64,000 nucleotides of DNA, taken from Candidatus Ozemobacteraceae bacterium. GTDB lineage: Bacteria > Muiribacteriota > Ozemobacteria > Ozemobacterales > Ozemobacteraceae. Positions 47,736-56,466 of this stretch are shown one piece after another; position 1 is the stretch's first letter, and every line of letters begins with the position of its first letter. The notes under the pieces were generated by a model. The model did no database searches, was not told the DNA's origin, and saw nothing but the letters and a program-made list of their open reading frames with translations. Made by a program: the position numbers and the translations under genes. The stretch is taken from assembly GCA_965140445.1 (NCBI GenBank), contig OZ223236.1, positions 544,001-608,000 on the forward strand, written 5' to 3'.

Positions 47736-49040
47736 ATGTCAGAAGGAATAATTGCAAGATACAGAAAAATTCCAATTCTATATAGGATGCTTGGTGCTTT
47801 TATAATAGGAGCTATAATTGGAGTAGCTTGCTGGTATGCAGAAGCTAAGCATGGCGTTCAATTAAAGGGCCATCTGGAGACTTATCTTGCACCTTTTGGA
47901 CTTGTGCTGGTTAAGATGCTTAAAATGATCGTAGTGCCCCTTATTTTCTTTTCCCTGATTCAAGGCGCATCTAGCCTGCCGCTTAAGAAATTTGGCAAAA
48001 TTGGACTTAGAGTAATAGTTCTTTATCTGATTACTTCATTGCTAGCCGCTGTTGTTGGAACCGTTTTTGCTCTGGTCATTAATCCTGGTAAAGATGGAAT
48101 GAAGTTAGAAGCGGCTGCTGATGCTGTAAAAGTTCCAGATATGGCTGCAAGTTCAGGCGGTGGTTTAACAGCAATTTTTATGGGACTGTTTGAGAATCCA
48201 TTTAAAGCTTTGGCCGATAGCAATTTCTTGGCAATAATCGTTTTTGCAATTATGGCAGGACTCGCTCTTAGAATCATTCTTGATGATTCAAGCGAGGAAG
48301 AAGCTAAACAACATAGTGCCATATTAGATTTCATAGGAACCATGAACAAAATTCTTTTCGTTCTGGTTGATTGGATTATGGACTACGCTCCAATTGGAAT
48401 TTTTGCTCTGACTATCGTAAATTTTACCAAATATGGACCAGACCTTGCCGGACCTTATTTTAATATTGCCATTGGCGTTATAATGGGAATTGCTCTGATG
48501 ATTTTTGTTGTTTATTCGGGGTTGATTATAGTTTTGACCAAAACGAGCCCGGTTAAGTTTTTTAAGTTTGCTCAGGAAGCAATGATTACTGCGTTTGTGA
48601 CTCGAAGTTCCGGAGCAACCCTTCCCGTATCACTAAAAACAGCTATTGATGATTTGAAAATTAAAAAAGAATTGGCAGAATTTTCATTGCCATTAGGAGC
48701 GACTGTAAACATGGATGGAGTTTGTATCCACCTTCCAATGTTTGCAATTTTGGCGGCCAACCTGTTTGGTATTAAACTTGGTTTTGCTTCATTGCTTGTA
48801 CTGGTTATTACCACTGTGTTAGCGGCTGTCGGAGCCGGTGGAATCCCTGGCGGAAGTTTAATGCTTCTATTTATAATCTTGAACTCAATGGGATTGAACG
48901 AGATTCAAATTTCTCAGGTTGTTGCTTTTGCTCTTGGAATCAACCCAATTCTGGATATGTTTGAAACTATGAATAATGTGGCTGGCGATCTTTCATGTAC
49001 CTATATTGTTGCTTGCAAAGAGGACATGATCGAAAAATAA
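47736..49040 (+). CDS. Dicarboxylate/amino acid:cation symporter (DAACS family)
   Basis: LKMIVVPL, TRSSGATLP, PLGATVNMDG and GIPGG motifs. Confidence 0.9.
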   Translation: MSEGIIARYRKIPILYRMLGAFIIGAIIGVACWYAEAKHGVQLKGHLETYLAPFGLVLVKMLKMIVVPLIFFSLIQGASSLPLKKFGKIGLRVIVLYLITSLLAAVVGTVFALVINPGKDGMKLEAAADAVKVPDMAASSGGGLTAIFMGLFENPFKALADSNFLAIIVFAIMAGLALRIILDDSSEEEAKQHSAILDFIGTMNKILFVLVDWIMDYAPIGIFALTIVNFTKYGPDLAGPYFNIAIGVIMGIALMIFVVYSGLIIVLTKTSPVKFFKFAQEAMITAFVTRSSGATLPVSLKTAIDDLKIKKELAEFSLPLGATVNMDGVCIHLPMFAILAANLFGIKLGFASLLVLVITTVLAAVGAGGIPGGSLMLLFIILNSMGLNEIQISQVVAFALGINPILDMFETMNNVAGDLSCTYIVACKEDMIEK

Positions 49041-49061
49041 ACTATGTAAAAAAAATCTTAC

Positions 49062-49098
49062 AAAATTCCGTTTTCCTATTGTGGAAGACGGAATTTTT
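49062..49098 (+). terminator. Intrinsic terminator
   Basis: AAAATTCCGTTTTCC / GGAAGACGGAATTTT stem. Confidence 0.7.
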
Positions 49099-49183
49099 CA
49101 TTAGAATCATATTCAATAAATAGAAAGTATTACCTGTGGGTTGGGACAAAAAAAATATATAAGGATCTGCGGGGTAAAAGCAA

Positions 49184-49324
49184 TTGGAACACGATAGGCA
49201 TTCTATGATTTGCACTGCCTTGATGTTGGCGTTAATTCTTGGTTTTATTGGTATTTCAAATAGTCATAGCGCTCCAGATGGAGTAAATGCAGGAGTTAAA
49301 GTCAATCAGGCTCAATCAAAGTAA
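49184..49324 (+). CDS. Possible 46-aa single-TM small protein
   Basis: TTG start (alternative ATG 49205); hydrophobic core ICTALMLALILGFIGI; fills the intergenic gap. Confidence 0.35.
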   Translation: MEHDRHSMICTALMLALILGFIGISNSHSAPDGVNAGVKVNQAQSK

Positions 49325-49326
49325 AG

Positions 49327-51678
49327 TTAATATTCTCCAAAGGAAGAAGAGTAAATTTGCAGAGCTTCTGCCAGTTCTGAATATGATTCGGGGATTATTG
49401 ACATAAGCTTTCTTATAACAAAGATGTTATTTGGTCTTGCAATTGCGAGCTCAGATAGCAGGTCGATTATTGTTTCTTTATCCCCTTCCAGCACTTTGAT
49501 CTGAATCATTGCGTTATATAAATTCATTGATGGCTCAGTAAGGTGATGAAGTCTTTCTAACATCAGATCTGCACCGTTGCCATGAAGTGAACGACATAGT
49601 GCCATACACCCATCCAATAGATCCTTGTAAAGGCTCTTTGCTCTATTTCCGTAATCCGTTGCTTTTTCCAGATTTCCCGTTTTTAAAGAAAGGCGATATG
49701 CGTCCAGTAGATCTGCTAAAATGCATGGATGCTCGCTTAGACAGATTTCCAATAGAGACAAGGCTTTGTCAAATTGCCCGTCCATTGTGCAAAAAGCAGA
49801 AAGCATTCTTTTTACAACGTGCGAAGAAGGGAATCTTCGAGATTTTTCTTCAAGAATCCACAGACTTTTTTTGCGATCTCCATTTGCTATAGCCATTTCT
49901 TTGAAAACATCAGGCAGTTCAAGACCAGAAAGCAATCCCGAAATATTTTGCTCGGTTTTTCTCTGAATTCTTACCTTTCTTGATATTGCCAGTGGAAGCG
50001 GGTGATCTGTATCAAGAACAGGCGGTTGTATGCGCAGTAGTTGTCCAAGTGAATGACATGCTGATAATACAGATACCGGAGAGGGTATCAGCAGCATTCT
50101 ATTCAAGGTTGGAATAATATCAAGTTGCCCTAGCAGAAAAAGGTTTCTGGCTGATGCGCTTCTTACACGTGGAGAAGGGTCTTTTAGTCCTTGTGTAAAA
50201 TAAGAAACAGCTTTTCCCCCACAGGTAATCATGGAATTAATCATATTTGCCCTGACTCTAGGGTCCGGGTGATTGTTAAAAGCAGAAAAAAGGAGAAGGC
50301 TGTCTGTGCCGATTTTTCCTAAACTTGCAAGAAGAGATGCTATGACATGTGGGTGATGCTCTTTTTCAAGAGCAGCCAAAACTAATGGCTCGGCAGGTTT
50401 TCCTAGAATTCCGCATAAAACGGCAGTCTGGCTTCTTTTAAAAGGGTCGGTTGATTTTAGAAGTCTTGAAAACCGAGGTAACAGTATATCTGTAACATCA
50501 ATGCTTCTTCTGAGTTTTGAAAGCAGTTTTCGTAGACTTAGAATTATTTGTCTGATAACGTTCCCGCTCTTTTCCTGATCGAGTTTTCTTGAAAGAATAG
50601 GAATTGAGGTTTCGGGATTTATGCTACCAAGAGCTTCAGCTGCATGTTGTCGAAGGAGTTTGTTTTCCTGACTGTTAAGTGCTTCTTCAATCTGTCCTAA
50701 GGCTTTAATTGAGCCATAATTCCAGGCAAGGCCTGCCGCAAAACAAGCTATCTGAGGATTTTTGTCGCTTAGCATGCTTTTAAAGCACTTTGCTTTGTCT
50801 TCTGCTGGCGCTGGAAACAGGTCTACTGCGAGAAGTGCAGAATACCTTAAATCTGCATTTTCATGGTGGAGATAGCCGGTTATAAGCGGCCATACTTCTT
50901 CTTTGCCAGTTCTTGCAACCAGAGGCAGGAGCCATGATTTTTTCTGATTATCAGAAGTTTCTTTCAATAAAGAAAGAATCATTAAAAAGACTCGGTTTCC
51001 ACCACAGGCTAATAATGCGTGAATGGCTTCTTTTGCAATACTTTTTTCAGGAGATCTTATTAAAAGAAGAATTTGATCGGTTAACTCCGGGACGGGATGA
51101 ATTTGCAGGGCAAGTAAAACAGGTAGCAGACGAGCTGGAGAACTTGAATAGAGCTCTCTTTGCAAGAGTCTGACCCTTTCTTGACCACCTGGAAGAGATG
51201 CAAGAAGCAAAGCGAAACCATCTGGTAACAAGAATCCAGAAGACTCCTGAACAAGTGGCAGTCCTGGAGTGGCACCACTGAATACACTTTCATAAGTAAC
51301 TGGCTCATCCAGCGATCTCAAAACCTTTTCAACCAATCCAACATTTAGATGGTCTGGAGAAAATGCGAGCGCTTTAAGCGCAGCAATTCTCATTTGCACT
51401 GGGCCAGAACAGGCTCTTTTGGCAAGAAGTTCGATTGATTCACCGAAGATTTCGCTCCATGCTTTTTTTACCAGCACTGGAGCAGGATACAACTTTTTCA
51501 GCCCAAGAAATGCAAGTAGAGCAGTGGTAGTGTCCTCGGAATGTAGTAAATCTTCAAAAATTTCACGATCAGAGGGTTGCGGTTCTCTGACAATTGCCGC
51601 AAGAGCCATTCTTCTTGTCCAGCTGTCTGAAGAATGCATCTGGTCTCGTGGATTTTTTAAGAAACTATCTGCGAACAT
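49327..51678 (-). CDS. HEAT-repeat protein
   Basis: Repeated L.D.DPRVR..A-type motifs (HPDPRVRAN, DPSPRVRSASA). Confidence 0.8.
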   Translation of the reverse strand: MFADSFLKNPRDQMHSSDSWTRRMALAAIVREPQPSDREIFEDLLHSEDTTTALLAFLGLKKLYPAPVLVKKAWSEIFGESIELLAKRACSGPVQMRIAALKALAFSPDHLNVGLVEKVLRSLDEPVTYESVFSGATPGLPLVQESSGFLLPDGFALLLASLPGGQERVRLLQRELYSSSPARLLPVLLALQIHPVPELTDQILLLIRSPEKSIAKEAIHALLACGGNRVFLMILSLLKETSDNQKKSWLLPLVARTGKEEVWPLITGYLHHENADLRYSALLAVDLFPAPAEDKAKCFKSMLSDKNPQIACFAAGLAWNYGSIKALGQIEEALNSQENKLLRQHAAEALGSINPETSIPILSRKLDQEKSGNVIRQIILSLRKLLSKLRRSIDVTDILLPRFSRLLKSTDPFKRSQTAVLCGILGKPAEPLVLAALEKEHHPHVIASLLASLGKIGTDSLLLFSAFNNHPDPRVRANMINSMITCGGKAVSYFTQGLKDPSPRVRSASARNLFLLGQLDIIPTLNRMLLIPSPVSVLSACHSLGQLLRIQPPVLDTDHPLPLAISRKVRIQRKTEQNISGLLSGLELPDVFKEMAIANGDRKKSLWILEEKSRRFPSSHVVKRMLSAFCTMDGQFDKALSLLEICLSEHPCILADLLDAYRLSLKTGNLEKATDYGNRAKSLYKDLLDGCMALCRSLHGNGADLMLERLHHLTEPSMNLYNAMIQIKVLEGDKETIIDLLSELAIARPNNIFVIRKLMSIIPESYSELAEALQIYSSSFGEY

Positions 51679-51694
51679 CCTATTAGCCTTAAAA

Positions 51695-52420
51695 TTAGTT
51701 TGGAAGCTTAAGATTTTCCAGGTCGCGAATTCTTCCGCGTAAATCTCCTCTGTCCCATGGCATTACTGGCCACATTATCTCTGAGTAGGTCTTTAATAAC
51801 TCAATTGCTTGTTTTCTTGTTTCTTCTGGTTTTGAAGTCAAAAGAATTCCCTGAAGATCAGCTTTTTGATGGTCCATTTTAAACACATTTCTCAGATAAT
51901 CTTTAACTAATAAACGTAATTCTTCGTTATTTCTATTTTCTTCTGGTAGTTTTAGTTCATTTAGAAACCGGGCATATAATCCTTCGTTTTTGATAAGCTT
52001 CATTGGCAGTCGAAGAGCAATTAGCATTACGTTTCGTGCAAGAATAAAATCGATTTGCTCATCGTTTTTTGCAGAGTCAAGTAAAGCTGAAGTCAGAATT
52101 ATGTTGCCCCCAGGGAAGCAAATTTCATCTGGAATTTCACTTTTTAAAATGTAAACCATGAAGCCAAGCTCTGGTCTGGGGCAGTTTTCGGCGAGTTTTT
52201 TGGCTTTTTCAGAAAGGAGGTGATTGTAGTTTAGTGATCCGGAAATGGAAGGGTCTTTAACGAATTCTGAATGGATAAGACCGCCAACAGCCATTTCAGC
52301 TTTGGTCTCATCAAGTAGCCTGGCGAAATAACGCATAATTGGGTTCTTTGCCTGGGCAGAATTTGAAAAAGCAATCATAAACAAGATGCTGATTAGGAAT
52401 ATTTTCCTCATGTTAGTCAC
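51695..52420 (-). CDS. Secreted M48-peptidase-like protein lacking HExxH
   Basis: FPGGNIILTSALL and EQIDFILARNVML (family LAHExxH). Confidence 0.6.
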   Translation of the reverse strand: MTNMRKIFLISILFMIAFSNSAQAKNPIMRYFARLLDETKAEMAVGGLIHSEFVKDPSISGSLNYNHLLSEKAKKLAENCPRPELGFMVYILKSEIPDEICFPGGNIILTSALLDSAKNDEQIDFILARNVMLIALRLPMKLIKNEGLYARFLNELKLPEENRNNEELRLLVKDYLRNVFKMDHQKADLQGILLTSKPEETRKQAIELLKTYSEIMWPVMPWDRGDLRGRIRDLENLKLPN

Positions 52421-53489
52421 CGTGGCCTTTCTCAGAAAGTCTTTTTGTAATTCTATTTCTTAGAGATTTTGCTTCATCCAGATTTTTATCAATTCTGATT
52501 TTCAGGATTCCACATTTTCGTATTTGATCTGGATCTACAGGTGTAACCGCTTTTAATTGGAGCTGTGAATACTCAAAACGATCCATAATTCCATTTAAAA
52601 TGGCTTCTATTTTCGCCAGGGCATGTCTGAGATCTCTTTCATCGTCTTTGTTTTTAGGGTAAGCAGCTGAAAGTTCCATAACTGACCCACCAAGAGAATG
52701 CATAAGTTTTTCAACTTTTTCCATTGCCTCAGTTGCTTCCTCAATATTGCTCATTATTTGAGGATTTATTTGTCCCGCTGACAAACGATTTTCAACTCTT
52801 GCTATCCTTTGCGTAGTTTCAGCACTAAAATCTATTGCTTCATTGTCTACGCCAATGTATTCAGATTTCGGATTAAACTCAATTTCGCGATCAGGTCTTA
52901 GAAGTTCATCTATTCCATCGTTTTTGGGGTCTTCAGTCAGATCAAAACGAACTTCAGACCTGTCCATCTGTTTAATTACATTTTTTTCTACAAGAATACG
53001 AATGGCGTGAAACATGTCTTTTCTTTCTAAAAGATGATTAGGATTAAATTTCCCTGATCTTTGAGGGAGAAAAGCACCACCAACTACTGATAGTGGTTTG
53101 CTAAATTTGTTGCCTGGTTTTATATCAGCGAAGGCTCTGGGAAGCTTATTACCAGCTCCAGTTTGCAACGAAAGCTTGTAAAAAGCTTCGGCGGCCATTC
53201 CACGGGAAACAGGCCAATCAAGGTGATGCTGTTTGTCATCAAATTTTTCCAGCAATCCAGAGTTTATAGCTTCAATTTCAGTTAAATTTTTATTGAAAAC
53301 CCTTTCATAAATGCTTTCCATAAAGGTCAGACGAGTAATCTTATCTTCAGCGTTAGCTGGCAACAGATTTGTGGTCAAAAAAAAGATTGCTAAACATAAG
53401 ACCGCAAACTGCCGATAAGAGCAGTGCCATATTTCACATATGACAGGAGATTCTAAAATGTCAGATACGCGTTCGTTAAATACTCCCAT
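52413..53489 (-). CDS. Secreted protein with SLH-like motif and C-terminal coiled coil
   Basis: FADIKPG...GKFNPNHLLER; start codon uncertain. Confidence 0.6.
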   Translation of the reverse strand: MGVFNERVSDILESPVICEIWHCSYRQFAVLCLAIFFLTTNLLPANAEDKITRLTFMESIYERVFNKNLTEIEAINSGLLEKFDDKQHHLDWPVSRGMAAEAFYKLSLQTGAGNKLPRAFADIKPGNKFSKPLSVVGGAFLPQRSGKFNPNHLLERKDMFHAIRILVEKNVIKQMDRSEVRFDLTEDPKNDGIDELLRPDREIEFNPKSEYIGVDNEAIDFSAETTQRIARVENRLSAGQINPQIMSNIEEATEAMEKVEKLMHSLGGSVMELSAAYPKNKDDERDLRHALAKIEAILNGIMDRFEYSQLQLKAVTPVDPDQIRKCGILKIRIDKNLDEAKSLRNRITKRLSEKGHGD

Positions 53490-53694
53490 TTCTCCTCCGG
53501 AAGATGAAGAAGTAGTAATGGCCCAAATTCAGAAATACTCTGAACTTACTGAGCGCAGTCTCGACATGATTGAACGGTTGCTCCAAAAGGGCTACGCCAT
53601 GAATTCTCCAGAGGTCAAGCGTTTACAGCAAAAGCTTCATGAGCTTGAGGTAAAGAGCAACTTCTGGCGTAACAGGATGATGAAGTACCTCTAG
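53458..53694 (+). CDS. Small helical hypothetical protein antisense to the surrounding operon
   Basis: AGGAG 8 nt before ATG; 78 aa, charged and amphipathic. Confidence 0.5.
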   Translation: MSDTRSLNTPISPPEDEEVVMAQIQKYSELTERSLDMIERLLQKGYAMNSPEVKRLQQKLHELEVKSNFWRNRMMKYL

Positions 53695-55206
53695 GGACTT
53701 GAAAATATTAATTTCCAGGTTCCATTCAGCCTTAGCGGCTGCGAGGACAGCAACATCCCAGTGACCTGAGAGCATCGCAAGTTTACCGATCTGTCGAGAA
53801 ACAAGCGGGTGTCCATTCAACCGGACAGGCAGGGAAATGAGCAAGGCAGAAGCTTTGCTTAAGTTTCCTGCTTGTCCTGTTTTAGACGCGCGAACAATGG
53901 TCCATACTTTATTCAAAGCCGGCAATGAAAAAGCCATCAGGATAACCCCAACAAGAATTAGAGCCAATCTGGTTCTTCTTGCTGCTTTTATCAGGTCAGG
54001 CATATCTCCCTGCCAGTTTTTTACAGATTCTATTCTATCCTGAATTTCTGGATGTGTCAGCATCCATCTGGGAATTCTGGACGGTGGCGGTGAAATATAT
54101 TCTTCGAGGGTCGTCAAACTACTATTAAATGTGTCTTTTCCCACTATTACAGAAGCAAATCTATCGGCTTGTTTTTCACTTTTTCTGGCTAGATAAGTAA
54201 AGGTAACGGCAAAAAAGAATAGAAACCCGAAAATTTCAAAGGCTTCATACCAGACTCCAGCGTTTACTATTACCCAGTAGTAATCAAAATAAAGTAACAG
54301 TTTAATTCCCAGAGCCAGAAATATTAAATCCATTGAAAAAATCATGTAAGTCCAAACGTGACCCAGTCTAAGATGTCCAAGCTCGTGAGCTAGAACCCCC
54401 TTAACCTGATCGACATTAAAAATTTCCAACAGATACTCAGTTATGTAAATGAATCTGAATTTTCGCGAAAGACCTGCCACTGCAGCATTTGGAATCGGCT
54501 CATTAAACGTGTCCCACACTTTGACTCCTGAAATTGGAGTTTGTGCTTTATCTGACACCTCAATTATTTGTTTTTTTAGATCTTCATCTTTAATCGGAAC
54601 AGCTTTCCAGGCCCAGTTGAATAATCTTGGAGCTAGCAGATATAGTGCAACAAAAAAAACAGGGGCTACAAGATAGGTTTGAATCTCCTGAATATCTGCA
54701 AATTCTGGATTTAAAGCAAAAAGGTCTTCAAAAAAAATCCAAAAAAGCATGGGCGGGAAAAACAGAATAGGAATAGTCATGCGAGCCCTGAAAAAGTCTT
54801 GCATGGTTTGTCTGGAATTCAGGATTGGTTTAAACAAACGGAATAAATTTGCATTTGCCAATTTAAAAAAAAGAACGTATAAAACCAATGAAAATACCAT
54901 TGGTAGAGTTTCAGGCAATTTTTTATGCAATTCGGGAAAAAGCTTCAGTGCTGGGGCACAAAAGCAGTGCAATGCAGATATCCAGAAAACGATTATAAGT
55001 TGAACTTTGCTTTGGACATCCATAAATGAGGGAAATCTATGGTTCTCTCTTACATCGTCCACATATTCAGGAAAGATTTTGTAAAGCAGTAAGACAGAGC
55101 CAAAAAGCCAGAGGCTTAATGCTGTTAGAGGCATTTCGGCCATATAGCCTTCAAAATTTGAAGTTAAATACCCGAGTATTAATAGATGAAAAAAAATAGA
55201 GATCAT
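53623..55206 (-). CDS. M48-family membrane zinc metalloprotease (HtpX/Ste24-like)
   Basis: PNAAVAG, LAHELGH, SEKQADRFA and THP motifs. Confidence 0.88.
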   Translation of the reverse strand: MISIFFHLLILGYLTSNFEGYMAEMPLTALSLWLFGSVLLLYKIFPEYVDDVRENHRFPSFMDVQSKVQLIIVFWISALHCFCAPALKLFPELHKKLPETLPMVFSLVLYVLFFKLANANLFRLFKPILNSRQTMQDFFRARMTIPILFFPPMLFWIFFEDLFALNPEFADIQEIQTYLVAPVFFVALYLLAPRLFNWAWKAVPIKDEDLKKQIIEVSDKAQTPISGVKVWDTFNEPIPNAAVAGLSRKFRFIYITEYLLEIFNVDQVKGVLAHELGHLRLGHVWTYMIFSMDLIFLALGIKLLLYFDYYWVIVNAGVWYEAFEIFGFLFFFAVTFTYLARKSEKQADRFASVIVGKDTFNSSLTTLEEYISPPPSRIPRWMLTHPEIQDRIESVKNWQGDMPDLIKAARRTRLALILVGVILMAFSLPALNKVWTIVRASKTGQAGNLSKASALLISLPVRLNGHPLVSRQIGKLAMLSGHWDVAVLAAAKAEWNLEINIFKSLEVLHHPVTPEVALYLKLMKLLL

Positions 55207-55212
55207 TGTTTA

Positions 55213-56466
55213 TCAGGTCTTACGTTCTTTCTTTTTTGCAGCTGGAAATAGAATATTATTAAGAATCAGCCTGTAGCCAGGACTATTTTTGTGGAGATCA
55301 AGTTTGGTTGGACCTTCGCCTACAATGTGGCTAACATCCGCAGGGTCATGTCCGCCGTAAAAACTGAAAAATCCTTTTCCGAAATCCCCTCTTATATATT
55401 TAACTGAAACTCCGTCGTTGTTTTCGCCCATAATTGTAACATTGGGTTTAAGTAATGTTTTTCGAAATGCTGTTGTTTGTCCAAAAAAACCATCAATTAC
55501 ATTGCGATGATTTTGAGTCAGCATTGAAGGAATAGGATCCACTTTGGCTGAAAACTCAAACAATTTGAAAGTCCCCGCGTCGCCCATATAGTTATTGGAA
55601 ACATCAATATCCGAAAATTCATAAATCATGGGATCAGTTATCAATTTGAAGTCTTTAAAAGCAAAGGTTTGTGAGTAGTCCAGCTTTGATTGAGCCATTG
55701 GATCAACTCCATCACCATCGATCTGGCTGGCTACAATGTCAGTTCCATCCGCAGCTAATGCTATGTCCAGAGAATCTACTGCTGAGCACATTGCAAAAAG
55801 GAAGCCGCCATTCAACACGAACTTCTTAATGCCTCTGGCAACCGCCAGCTTTAGCTGCGACACTTTTTTAAATCCATACTTTTGCGCGTCAAGTTGAGCT
55901 CTGGTTACTTGCTTCCTATACCAGTCTGCAAATCTGAAGGAACTATAAAACTTTCCGAATTGACCAGTAAAGTCTTCATGATGCAGATGTACCCAATCGA
56001 ATTTTTCTATGTCACCATTCAAAACTTCTTTGTCATAAAATTTTTCAAATGGGATCCCAGAATAATTTAATACCAGCGTAACCGCGTCGTCCCAGGGTTC
56101 AGAGTAGTCCGGGGAGTAAACTGCAACTTTGGGGGCCTTTTCCAGAAGAACCTTCTCCATGTTTTCTTCTTCGATTGTTACATATATTTGCTGAATTTGT
56201 GCATCAGATAGCTTTTCAACCGTGACGCCCTGAATCTTTGCTTTATCTCTTATTTCAGGAAGGTCTTCAGTCAGGAAAGAGCCGCCTCTGTAGTTTAGAA
56301 GCCACTCTACGTCTGTGCCTGTTTTATCAAGAATAAAATATGTTACTCCATAGGCTCTTAAATGATCATTTTGCTCGTTATCCATCGGGATAAGAAGTTT
56401 TTGAGCAAAGCAAAGCTGGGTTAGTAATAAAAAGCCTATAAAAAGTGATATGCATCTCGTTCTCAT
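55213..56466 (-). CDS. Secreted glutamine-amidotransferase-like conserved protein
   Basis: WLLNYRGGSF, PWDDAVTL, WVHLHHEDFTGQ, FAMCSA and YGGHDP motifs. Confidence 0.7.
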   Translation of the reverse strand: MRTRCISLFIGFLLLTQLCFAQKLLIPMDNEQNDHLRAYGVTYFILDKTGTDVEWLLNYRGGSFLTEDLPEIRDKAKIQGVTVEKLSDAQIQQIYVTIEEENMEKVLLEKAPKVAVYSPDYSEPWDDAVTLVLNYSGIPFEKFYDKEVLNGDIEKFDWVHLHHEDFTGQFGKFYSSFRFADWYRKQVTRAQLDAQKYGFKKVSQLKLAVARGIKKFVLNGGFLFAMCSAVDSLDIALAADGTDIVASQIDGDGVDPMAQSKLDYSQTFAFKDFKLITDPMIYEFSDIDVSNNYMGDAGTFKLFEFSAKVDPIPSMLTQNHRNVIDGFFGQTTAFRKTLLKPNVTIMGENNDGVSVKYIRGDFGKGFFSFYGGHDPADVSHIVGEGPTKLDLHKNSPGYRLILNNILFPAAKKKERKT

